DNA of 64,000 nt from Mobula hypostoma (Eukaryota), in assembly GCF_963921235.1 (NCBI RefSeq), contig NC_086108.1, forward strand, positions 7,998,001-8,062,000, given 5' to 3'. Both the position numbers and the translations under genes were made by a program. This document shows positions 11,372-21,061 of this stretch, piece by piece. The first letter of the stretch is position 1; each line of letters begins with the position of its first letter. The notes under the pieces are model-generated. The model did no database searches and had not been told where the DNA came from. It saw nothing but the letters and a program-made list of their open reading frames with translations.

Positions 11372-12236
11372 TGTTACGTACCCCGTAACTGGGTTGCCAA
11401 ACCAGCAGAAATGGATCACTCAGTTGGAGTCTGGAGTACTAGAACTAAGAAAGTTTTATTAAAGAAACAAGCAACACAGTAATTGAAAGGATAATAAATG
11501 CAACAGTTCAGCGATGATAAACACACATGTGCACAGAATTAAGATAACAGCATCAATCAAGCTCTATCGTTGTCTAGGGGTAAATGACCAAATTTCAAAG
11601 TGACTCAAAGTTCAGTCCAGTTTAGTAGTTCAGTTCGCAGTAATCATTGCCATGGCGATGGACAACATGGGGGGAGAGAGAGAGAGCGAGAACAGGAACA
11701 ACTGATCATTCAGACATGGCTTCACTCACAGACCGGCGATATGGCTCACAAACAGCTTTTGGGTGGGTCCTTGGTGATGTCACCTGAGGTCACCGACTGT
11801 GACCCCTCCTCCGGATGCGGTCGATCCTCTGCAGTGAACCCGGCACCCAGGCAAGGGCGGACACACACCGGGTTCCCGCTGATCATACCTTTCCACCCTG
11901 GCCGTTGTCTGGTACTTCCCACCGACTCGTGAGAAGCGTACCGCTTCCAGGGTCTCGTTACCTCGGGTGGCGTGTATGTTGCCTTAGCGAACCGGTCCCT
12001 TTTTATCCCCCTGCTGGGGTATCACCTGTCCATCACTTCAAACAGTTCAAGGTTCAAAGGGGGGAGCCGCTCCAGACAGCTCTCTCTCCCCCGTCCCTTC
12101 ATTACACATCTCCAGACGCTGCTCCATTGTTCCTTATCTCTCCTTCCCCTGAGGGCAGGTGGCAGACCACTTGCTGATGTCACTGATGCTAACCCAGGCC
12201 AGCAAACATCTTAATTTTATGTGTATTCTCATCACA
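11372..12236 (-). repeat. 5' LTR of the Gmr1-like element
   Basis: Direct repeat of 7292-8154; same family as the solo LTR at 30222-31079. Confidence 0.95.
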
Positions 12237-13155
12237 CTAGAGATGCCGCCTGGCCTGCTGCGTTCACCAGCAACTTTTATGTGTAACACATTTCACTGTA
12301 TGTTTCAATATATGTGTAACAGATAAAGTTAATCCTAAATCTTCTAATCTGTAAAAGTTTATGAAATGACACAGGTAATGGATAGATTAGATGGCCACAG
12401 TGTTTTCCCCAGGGTACAGGCGTCTATAACACAAGACAGCAAAGGTTTAAGGCGAGGGGTAGAATTAAGGGGAGTTATGAGAGTGCGGAGAGTTGACTGG
12501 GATTAGTGACTGAGGATCAGCATTGACTCAGTAGACTGAAGGGTCCTGTTTCTGTGCTTTATTAACCTGTGAGCCATTACAACAGAGTAAAACCCTTGTT
12601 ACATGGTTTTGGGGTGTATGATGCATCCAGGGAGGGGTAGAACCTCTGGAGAAGAGGCTTGTCCTGTCCATTCTGGGGCAGCCCACTCACCTTTGGTCCC
12701 ACCGGACACTCAGCTCTCACCTGTGGCTCCAAGCAGCTGTCTGCATGCAACAATGGCCACACTTGCTTCAACAGGTGAGCTAAACCAGGTGAAGGTAGCT
12801 GGCAGACCTCATGTACCGGTGAGTTGGGGACATACCCATCCTAGCATGAGTGGTCAGCTCTGGGATGAATGGATCAACAGTAAGAACCAACGGCCAGAAG
12901 GTGGTACTGCAATGCTCCATGGAGAGTGAAGGGCATAACAAGACACAGAAGACGTATGGTCATCCACTGGAACCAAGGAAGACCCCAGTTTGTGAAAACT
13001 TCTTGTACCACTGGACTCAGACTTCCAAGATCGAGAGAGTGGAACTGCCCCAGTACAATGGCTTTTCCACTTTAAAAACTCTCCTGCACAGTTCTCCTGT
13101 CATTGTTGGATATGATGGACAACCAATCAACCACATGGTTTAACACCAATCTTAC

Positions 13156-13276
13156 CTTGTAGTACTTGGGTGGAGCATTGTATCTACAATGGCTTCGACC
13201 AAGCTCAAAGGCCAGCTGTTCCAGCTTCTCTTCCTGTGACAATCTTGCCACGCTCTTCTCAATGAAGGACATCACC
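13156..13276 (-). CDS. xgb: Globin X internal exon (exon 3, helices E-G, 121 bp)
   Basis: Acceptor tttgcctgttgcag|G and donor AAG|gtaag. Encodes (R)VMSFIEKSVARLSQEEKLEQLAFELGRSHCRYNAPPKYYK with proximal His F8. Phase 2 in and phase 0 out match GbX introns E10.2 and G7.0. Confidence 0.93.
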
Positions 13277-13374
13277 CTGCAACAGGCAAAAGAAACCTTT
13301 AGATTGGGATGTGGGCCATTCGGCCTCTCTGTTCTGTACTACCATTCAATGGGATTGAGGTTGATCTCAGACCA

Positions 13375-14170
13375 GGTTTGCAATTTAATTTTATCTCTGT
13401 CTGTTGTTTCCATTAGTACAGCAATTTCAACTGCTCTTTTAAATGTAAATTGTGCTTTAGTTAGGAGCAGTTTTTGAATTCTTTCTTCTAAGATTCCATA
13501 AACGAAGTCTTTGCATCATTATGCCCATTACAGAACTGACAATGCTCAGGCAATCTCTTCAATTCAGCCATGTACACTGAAATAGACTCCCCCTCCTTTT
13601 GATTCTGCTTATGGAAACTAATGGATTCAATCAACAATGGTTTGGTTTTAAATAATCCTACACTACCTTCATGATTTCAGCAAAACTCATTTCAGCTGGT
13701 TTGGAGCAACCAAACTTCTAAGCAAACTGTATGCCTTTAAACCCAATGCACTCACCAAAACTGGCACTCACTTCTCATCGGCTATTCCATTCTCTTTAAA
13801 ATATTGCTCAATCTGCACAGAATACAATATCCAGTTATCTATTGTTTAATCAAACATGTCTATCTTTCTAATGTAGGGAGCCATTTCTATTTTTTATTTA
13901 TAATTATTATCAACTGGTACTGTTTATGAATCCACGAATTTGTCCATTTCTGCCCTTATTTTTAACTTGACCATGTCTTCCCTTCTGGAGAACTGCAGTG
14001 TGATATTTTTTTAAACTTACCATCTCACTGCACTTCAACAGGTAGGTAGTCATCTCAGGTTCATTTTAAAACTTACTTTTCACCACTGTTATGTTTTGTA
14101 ACTAAAAAAATAAATCTAATTCCAAGAAAAACAAGGAGTCAAGAATACAAGTCTAACTTTGTTTTTACTT
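13375..14170 (-). mobile_element. Old Gypsy gag remnant with LTR edge (copy 1)
   Basis: Degenerate NQKEGESISVYMAELKRL-type gag, paralogous to 17270-18045. Confidence 0.65.
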
Positions 14171-14174
14171 TAAG

Positions 14175-15305
14175 TTGTGGTATCCGTTAATCTCGCGAGA
14201 CCATGGATCTGCGCCTGGAAAGTCTTGCTTCAGTCTGTGTTAGAGCAGCATCTGTTGTGGCTGTAGAGGCCCACACGGGAGTGACAGTCTCGGCTGCAGC
14301 GACAGCACTTGAAGGCTCTGTCCTCCAGTGTTGTCTTGGTGCTGTTTTTCCGACGAGTGCGCTTTTCTTCAGCAGCCTCAGCCACTCTTCTCCTCTTTTT
14401 AGTCCTCTGTGTAGTTCCAGCCTCCAGTGAGAGCGATCGCTTGCGATGTCCTCCCACCTCTCGACGTTCATGTTCAGTGACTTCATGTCTCTCTTGCAGA
14501 CATCTTTGAAACTAAGATGGGGCGCCCTTGTGCTCTCTTGCCGGAGGCCAGTTCCCCGTACAGCAGGTCTTTCGGGATCCTCCTATCTGACATACGGTGT
14601 ACGTGGCCTAGCCAGCGGAGAGGGCATTGTTGGAGCAGGGTAAAGAGGCTGGGTATCTGGGTGTGGGCCAGGACCTCATTGTTGGTGACTCGATGTCCAG
14701 GATGCGTCTCAGGCTGCGAAGGTGGAAGGCGTTGAGACGCTGCTCTTGTCTGGAGTAGAGGCTCCAGGTCTCGCTGCCGTAAAGCAGTGTGCTGAGGATG
14801 CAGGCCCTGTAGACTGCAACCTTGGTGTGCGTTGTCAGCTTTCTGTTCTCCCAGACTCTCTTTGTCAGCCTGGCGAGTGTTGAGGCTGCTCGTCTGATCC
14901 ATCTGTTGATCTCGGGGTCTAGGGAGAGGCTGTCTGTGATGGTGGAGCCAAGGTATGTAAACTCGTGAACTACCTCCAGCTCGTAGTTGTTGATGGTAAT
15001 GGCAGGGGGGTGCTCAACACCTTTGTCCAACACATTGGTCTTCTTCAGGCTGATGGTCAAGCTGAAGTCCTGGCAGGCTCTTGAGAAGCTGTCCATGAGG
15101 CGTTGCAATTGCTCTTCAGAGTGTGTTGCCAGTGCCACGTCATCTGCAAACAACATGTCCCTGATGAGTACTTCACGAACCTTGGTTTTTGCCTTCAGCC
15201 GGGACAGACTGAACAGCCTCCCATCCGATCTGGTGTGGAGGTAGACACCATCAGTTGATGTTCCAAAGGCGTGCTTCAGCATGACTGCGAAGAAGATGCC
15301 GATCC
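14175..15305 (-). mobile_element. 5'-truncated RTE-clade LINE
   Basis: ORF 14608-15282 has DMLFADD and YRACILSTLLYGSETW; further frames give LRWLGHVHRM..RIPKDLLYGEL and a C-terminal Cys/His motif. Confidence 0.88.
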
Positions 15306-15309
15306 CTCT

Positions 15310-16660
15310 ATGATCCCTCTATGGCAAGAATGTCTTTCCTCAGATTAGGGGACCAAAACTGCACACAATAGTCCAGGTGTGGTCTCACCAAGGCCTTGTA
15401 CAACTACAGTAGTACCTCCCTGCTCCTGTACTCGAATCCTCTTGCTATAAACGCCAGCATACTATTCGCCTGCTGTACCTGCATGCCCACTTTCAATGAC
15501 TGGTGTATAATGACACCCAGGTCTTGTTGCACCTCCCCTTTTCCTAATCGGCCACCATTCAAATAATAATCTGTTTTCCTGTTTTTGCCACCAAAGTGGA
15601 TAACTTCACATTTATCCACATTAAATTGCATCTGCCATGAATTTGCCCACTCACCCAACCTATCCAAGTCACCCTGCATCCTCTTAGCATCCTCCTCACA
15701 GCTAACACTGCCGCCCAGCTTCGTGTCATCCGCAAACTTGGAGATGCTGCATTTAATTCCCTCATCCAAGTCATTAATAAATATTGTAAACAACTGGGGT
15801 CCCAGCACTGAGCCTTGCGGTACCCCACTAGTCACTGCCTGCCATTCTGAAAAGGTCCCGTTTATTCCCACTCTTTGCTTCCTGTCTGCCAACCAATTCT
15901 CCCCCCACACCAATACCTTACCCCCAATACCGTGTGCTTTAAGTTTGCACACTAATCTCCTGTGTGGGACCTTGTCAAAAGCCTTTTGAAGATCCAAATA
16001 TACCACATCCACTGGTTCTCCCCTATCCACTCTACTAGTTACATCCTCAAAAAATTCTTTGAGATTCGTCAGACATGATTTTCCTTTCACAAATCCATGC
16101 TGACTTTGTCTGATGATTTCACCGCTTTCCAAATGTGCTGTTATCACATCTTTGATAACTGACTCTAGCAGTTTCCCCACCACCAATGTTAGGCTAACCG
16201 GTCTATAATTCCCTGGTTTCTCTCTCTCTCCTTTTTTAAAAAGTGGGGTTACATTAGCCACCCTCCAATCCTCAGGAACTAGTCCAGAATGTAAAGAGTT
16301 TTGAAAAATTATCACTAATGCATCCACTATTTCTTGGGCTACTTCCTTAAGCACTCTGGGATGCAGACCATCTGGCCCTGGGGATTTATCCGCCTTTAAT
16401 CCCTTCAATTTACCTAACACCACTTCCCTACTAACATGTATTTCCCTCAGTTCCTCCATCTCACTGGACCCTCTGTCCCCTACTATTTCCAGAAGATTAT
16501 TTATGTCCTCCTTAGTGAAGGCAGAACCAAAATAATTATTCAATTGGTCTGCCATGTCCTTGCTCCCCATAAGCAATTCACCTGTTTCTGTCTGTAGGGG
16601 GCCTACATTTGTCTTAACCAATCTATTTCTTTTCACATATCTATAAAAGCTTTTACAGTC
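15310..16660 (-). mobile_element. CR1-type LINE fragment (RT domain)
   Basis: ORF 15404-16813 contains KSPGPDGLHP, DLQKAFDKVPH, GVPQGSVLGP and KFADD. Confidence 0.92.
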
Positions 16661-18545
16661 AGTGAGTGTTTGTGAGTGTTTATGGTGAGAAACACCTTGG
16701 ATTCTTCTTCCATCTCTATCCGTATATAGACCACAGCTAAGCCCACTTTGCTGAAGTGTTTCCCTCCAGGAAGGTATGCAAAGATATTCTGTATCCAGGG
16801 GAGAGGGTATCAATCTACTTTCAGTACTGGGTTGATGGTGAACTTAAAATCACCACAGATCCTGACAGATCCATTCTGCCTGGCTACTGGGACCATTGGT
16901 GTTGCCCATGGGCTCCACTCATCTCTGGAAATAATTTCTCCAACTTCCATGTGATCTCGCTCACTGGCTACTTTATCATGGATTGTATAAGGAACCAGTG
17001 GGCTTTGTAAATCTCGGGTGTGACATTTTCAATTACCACTGTTTTACCTCTGATATGTGTGTGTTTTCCAATGCCATCCTTGAACACTGTTGTGGTATCA
17101 GCCAGTATCTTTCTAAATTCACTTTCAGTTGCCTCTATTGTAGGCGATGTGGCATGCAGATGATGGATGGATCTCCAATTTTTCTGGTTTCACCTTTCAA
17201 CCTGCATTGGTCTGGTGCATGTGAGCCCCTGTCACAATGGTAACACAATTTGTTTGGCCAGGCAGGTTTCTGTTAAGACTTTACAATTTTATTCTGGATT
17301 GCTTTCATTCCTGACTTCAACTCAATTGCATCTCTCTCTTCTTTTTCCATTGAAACAGCAATTTCCACTACTCTTTTAAATTTAAGTTCTGCTTCAGTTA
17401 GGAGATGTTTTTGAATGCTTTCTTGTAAAATTCCATAAACTAAACCATCTCTCAGTGCATTATTAAGCCCATCATTGAACTGGCAAGGCTCAGACAGTTT
17501 CTTCAATTCAGCCACACATGCTGAAATAGACTCCCTTTCCTTTTGATTTGCTTATGAAACTAATGCATTCTGCAATCAACAATGGCTTCAGTTCTAATGT
17601 TCCTGCATTACTTTCATGATATCAGCAAAGTTCATTTCGGCTGGTTTGGTTGGAGCAGTCAAATCTTTAAGGAAACTGTATGCCTTTAAACTCAATGCAC
17701 TCAGCAAAACTGGCACTCACTTCTCATTGGCTATTCCATTTACTTTAAAATACTGCTCAATCCACTCAGTATACAATATCCAGTTATCTGTTGTGTAATC
17801 AACCACATCTGTCTTTTGATGTAGACAGCCATTTCTGCATTTTTATTTTAATTATTATCACCCAGTACTCTCTGCTTATGAACCCATGAATTTATTCATT
17901 TCCTGTCTCTTAAAGTTGACCGTGTCTTGTCTTCTGAAGAACAGGGGCTGTAATATTTTTTTGAACTCAAACGTCTTGCTGTACTTCGACAGGTAGCTAG
18001 CCATCTCGGCTTAATTTTAAAACTTACTTGCCATCACTGTTATGTTCTATTAATTAATTTATTTTTTTGAGATACAGTGTGGAATAAGCCCTTCTAGCCT
18101 TTCCAGCTGCACTGTCCAACAATCCTCCAGTTTGACCCTAGCCTAATCACAGGACAATTTACAATGACCAATTAACTTACCAACCGGTATGTCTTTGGAG
18201 TGAGGGAGGAAACCCAGGCGGTCACAGGGAGAATGTACATACTCCTTTCAGGGAGCGGCGGGAATTGAGCCCGTGTCAGTGGTATTGTGAAATGTTGTGC
18301 TAACCACTATGCTCCCGTGCTGCCCGAAAACTAATTGCAGGAAAAACAAGGGAGCCCAGAATGTGAGTCTAATTTTGTTTTTGCTTTAAGTGAAGCACAC
18401 TTATAACACTGCATGATGTTGTATGCCATTTATGTACTTTTACAGATAACCCGCAATGAATTATGTAAACAACAAAGAATGCTTAATCAAGAATATATTT
18501 ACTACATTACTCAAACATTACTGAAATATCAAAAGCACAATATGT
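16660..18545 (-). mobile_element. Old Gypsy gag-pro remnant with LTR (copy 2), interrupted by a SINE
   Basis: ORF 17273-17515 MAELKKLSEPCQFNDGLNNALRD...; degenerate zinc-knuckle and protease region; LTR-like sequence shared with 14088-14170. Confidence 0.65.
18067..18325 (-). mobile_element. tRNA-derived V-SINE/HE1-like SINE
   Basis: Minus-strand head GGGCAGCACGGGAGCATAGTGGTTAGCAC, B-box-like GGCTCAATTCC, central GGGTTTCCTCC...CCAAAGAC and a CR1-like tail. Confidence 0.7.
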
Positions 18546-19574
18546 GGAAGAAAACCTTGAGGGACAGAGTTCTGAAGACTTGTGACACCTTAAAGTTTGC
18601 CTGTCCCCTTTCTTAAAAACGCAACCTCTTTATTTCTGAACAGCGACCCTACAGAAGGGAAACCCACTCTGGTAGATCCCTCAGGATATGATATGTTTCA
18701 ATCAAACTTACTAGTACAAATGTAAACTCTTCTAAGTATCAGCCTCAATTCTCTGACTTTTTCCCATTGGACAAGTGCCCAATCCAGATATTACTCCAAT
18801 AAATCTTTTTACAACAGGCCAACACTAAGTGTGATGTGTCATATATCTTGAGAGATGTTGATTTAGCAAATAATGTTGTCATTTTATTGGAAGCAGTTGT
18901 AATACTTGGAATGGTGTTTAATCAGAAAACTGCAGGAAGAACTCTGATCCCATAAACACTACCTCACTTTTAAAATACATATTATCTCTGTTTTTGCATG
19001 ATTTTTAATCTATTCATTATATGTATACTGTAACTGATTTATTTATTTATCATTGTTTTTTTCTTATTGGAGAAGCTGGGAGGTGATTGGTGGAAGAGAT
19101 AAAGGGCTGAAGAAGAAGGAATCTGATAGGGTAGGAGAGTGGATCATGGGAGAAAGGGAAGGAGGAGGGGAACCAGAGGGAGGTAGTGGGAAGGTGAAGA
19201 GACCATCTGCCTCTCTATTCACCCATCATTCATATATTCTGTGCCCCACCTCGCACACTCACCCTCCTCAGCATTACACAGGCAGATTGTGCCCCTTTCG
19301 CACTGGCCTATCCTGGGGATCAATCCTTGTCCAGCTGGAGAACGCCTCCATCACTATTATTCCCAGGAAAATACAAAGAGCAGGCATAAGATTCCCAGAG
19401 GCTGGATAATTCTTTCCTCTCCAAGGTATGTTAGCACAAGTTTAATAGTTTGTTGGTTTTTCTCAGGGCAGTACCATACAGAATCAGGCCCTGCAGCATA
19501 GAATGTTCTGCCAAGCTGGTAATTAAATTTATTAGGATAATCTTCCTGCCGGAGGAGAAGGATTAGAATGGCTA

Positions 19575-19705
19575 CATGGAGCTCAGAAAAATAGAGGGCT
19601 ATGGGTAAAGCCTAGGTAGTTCTAAGGTAGGGACATGTTCGGCACAGCTTTGTGGGCCGAAGGGCCTGTATTGTGCTGTAAGTTTTCTATGTTTCTGTTT
19701 CTATA
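19575..19705 (+). mobile_element. CR1 3'-end fragment
   Basis: GGGCCGAAGGGCCTGT...TTCTATGTTTCT tail. Confidence 0.7.
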
Positions 19706-20300
19706 GCCACCCTGTCACATCACAGGCATGAGTCTAAACCTCAGTCCACATCCCTCCATTCTCTACACATTCATGTGCCTTTCTAAGATCTGTTCCATCA
19801 GACTGTCGTGTTTGCCTCCACCTCCATACGTAGCAGTGGGTTCCAGGACACCACTCTCTATGTAAAATAATTTGCCACATACACCTCTTTACAGCCATAG
19901 AAGTAGAATTAGGCTATTTGGCCCATTGAGTCTGCTCTAACATTCCACCACGGCTGATTTTTTATCCATCTTAATCCCATCTTCCTGCCTTCTCCCCGTG
20001 ACATTTGATGCCCTTGTGGTGACCCACTTTCTAGCACCCACGAACCGGCTCACGAAACCGCGCGCAGGCAGAGGGCCGGCCCCAAAAAGGGCGCCAGGCC
20101 ACCTTCACCAGCAGGGGGAAAATCCCACGCGCAGAAAGGGTCTGGGAATATGCATTCCCCACAGCAGTCCCGCCCAGGGAGGGTGGGAACGGGAAGGCTT
20201 TAAAGCAGGCCGCGAAGTTTGAATAAATCTCTTTATCGCAACTCCAACTCACCGACTCCGTGTGGTTATTCTAGTGCTGTGTGTAGCACATCGCTACAAT

Positions 20301-20314
20301 TGGTGACCCCGACG
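20301..20314 (+). promoter_or_regulatory. Primer-binding site, tRNA-Trp
   Basis: TGGTGACCCCGACG two bases after the LTR end. Confidence 0.85.
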
Positions 20315-20338
20315 GCCCAAACGATATTTGGGCCAGAG

Positions 20339-21043
20339 ATGACCGACGCCGCATCTGTTCACGCAGTTTCGTTACAACTGCCAAGCTTCTGGACGCTGCG
20401 ACCCCATCTATGGTTCGAACAAGCAGAAGATCAGTTCCACATTCGGCAGATGACCTCGGAGTCCACTCGCTACTACTACGTGCTGAGCTCCCTCGACCAG
20501 GAGACTGTTGCACAAGTTAAGGAGTTTATACAGTCGCCCCCGGAGGACGGCAAATACACAGCATTCAAAGCCCTGCTCATAAGGACTTTCGGACTCTCAC
20601 GGCGCGAACGAGCACACCGCTTAATGCACCTGGATGGTTTGGGAGACAGGCCGCCGTCAGCATTAATGAACGAGATGCTGGCCCTGGCTGAAGGACACAA
20701 ACCCTGCCTCATGTTTGAGCAGGCGTTCCTAGAGCAACTGCCTGAGGACATATGCCTGCTGCTGTCCGACGCAGATTTCAGCAAACCCCGGGAGGTGGCG
20801 GCCCGAGCAGATGTGCTGTGGAATGCCAGGAAAGAGAGAGGGGCATCCGTCGCACAGATCACCAAGCCGCGTGCCCAACGACAGACCAGACCAGGCCCGG
20901 CAGCAGAGCCTACAAAACCCGGCGACGGGAGTGAGGATCCCAACGAACAATGGTGTTTCCACCACCAGCAGTGGGGCACGGAGGCCTGCCGCTGTAGACC
21001 ACCCCGCAAATTCCCGGGAAACGCCAGGGCCAGCCGCCGCTAA
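20339..21043 (+). CDS. Gypsy Gag (234 aa)
   Basis: MTDAASVHAVSLQLPSFW...WFEQAE...LGDRPPSALMNEM...WCFHHQQWG; the frame is open. Confidence 0.8.
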   Translation: MTDAASVHAVSLQLPSFWTLRPHLWFEQAEDQFHIRQMTSESTRYYYVLSSLDQETVAQVKEFIQSPPEDGKYTAFKALLIRTFGLSRRERAHRLMHLDGLGDRPPSALMNEMLALAEGHKPCLMFEQAFLEQLPEDICLLLSDADFSKPREVAARADVLWNARKERGASVAQITKPRAQRQTRPGPAAEPTKPGDGSEDPNEQWCFHHQQWGTEACRCRPPRKFPGNARASRR

Positions 21044-21061
21044 TGGCGACGGCGGCTGGCC
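21016..21061 (+). promoter_or_regulatory. -1 programmed ribosomal frameshift signal (gag-pol)
   Basis: Slippery heptamer G GGA AAC in the gag frame, 5-nt spacer, perfect 12-bp stem GGCCAGCCGCCG/CGGCGGCTGGCC; pol is in the -1 frame. Confidence 0.8.

Larger units (their letters stand above)
7292..12236 (-). mobile_element. Internally deleted Gmr1-like (Gypsy) LTR retrotransposon with both LTRs
   Basis: LTRs at 11372-12236 (5') and 7292-8154 (3') with TG...CA ends; 4-bp TSD CTAG (7288-7291, 12237-12240); tRNA-Pro-like PBS; PPT at 8155-8169. Domain order is Gag-PR-(INT remnant)-(RT remnant)-(RH end). Confidence 0.9.
6585..12284 (+). mobile_element. 5'-truncated Penelope-like insertion with an inverted upstream pseudo-LTR, interrupted by a Gmr1-like element
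   Basis: 6585-~6878 is the reverse complement of the Penelope 3' region. ~6878-7291 plus 12241-12284 is the sense GIY-YIG end and 3'UTR, near identical to 51485-51945. The 14-bp TSD AACACATTTCACTG lies at 6571-6584 and 12285-12298. Confidence 0.9.

Noticed and set aside
12590..13140. Possible GbX downstream exon
   Set aside because: No G/H-helix sequence (YVG.EFI...W) found; it looks like an unclassified interspersed repeat that I cannot name.
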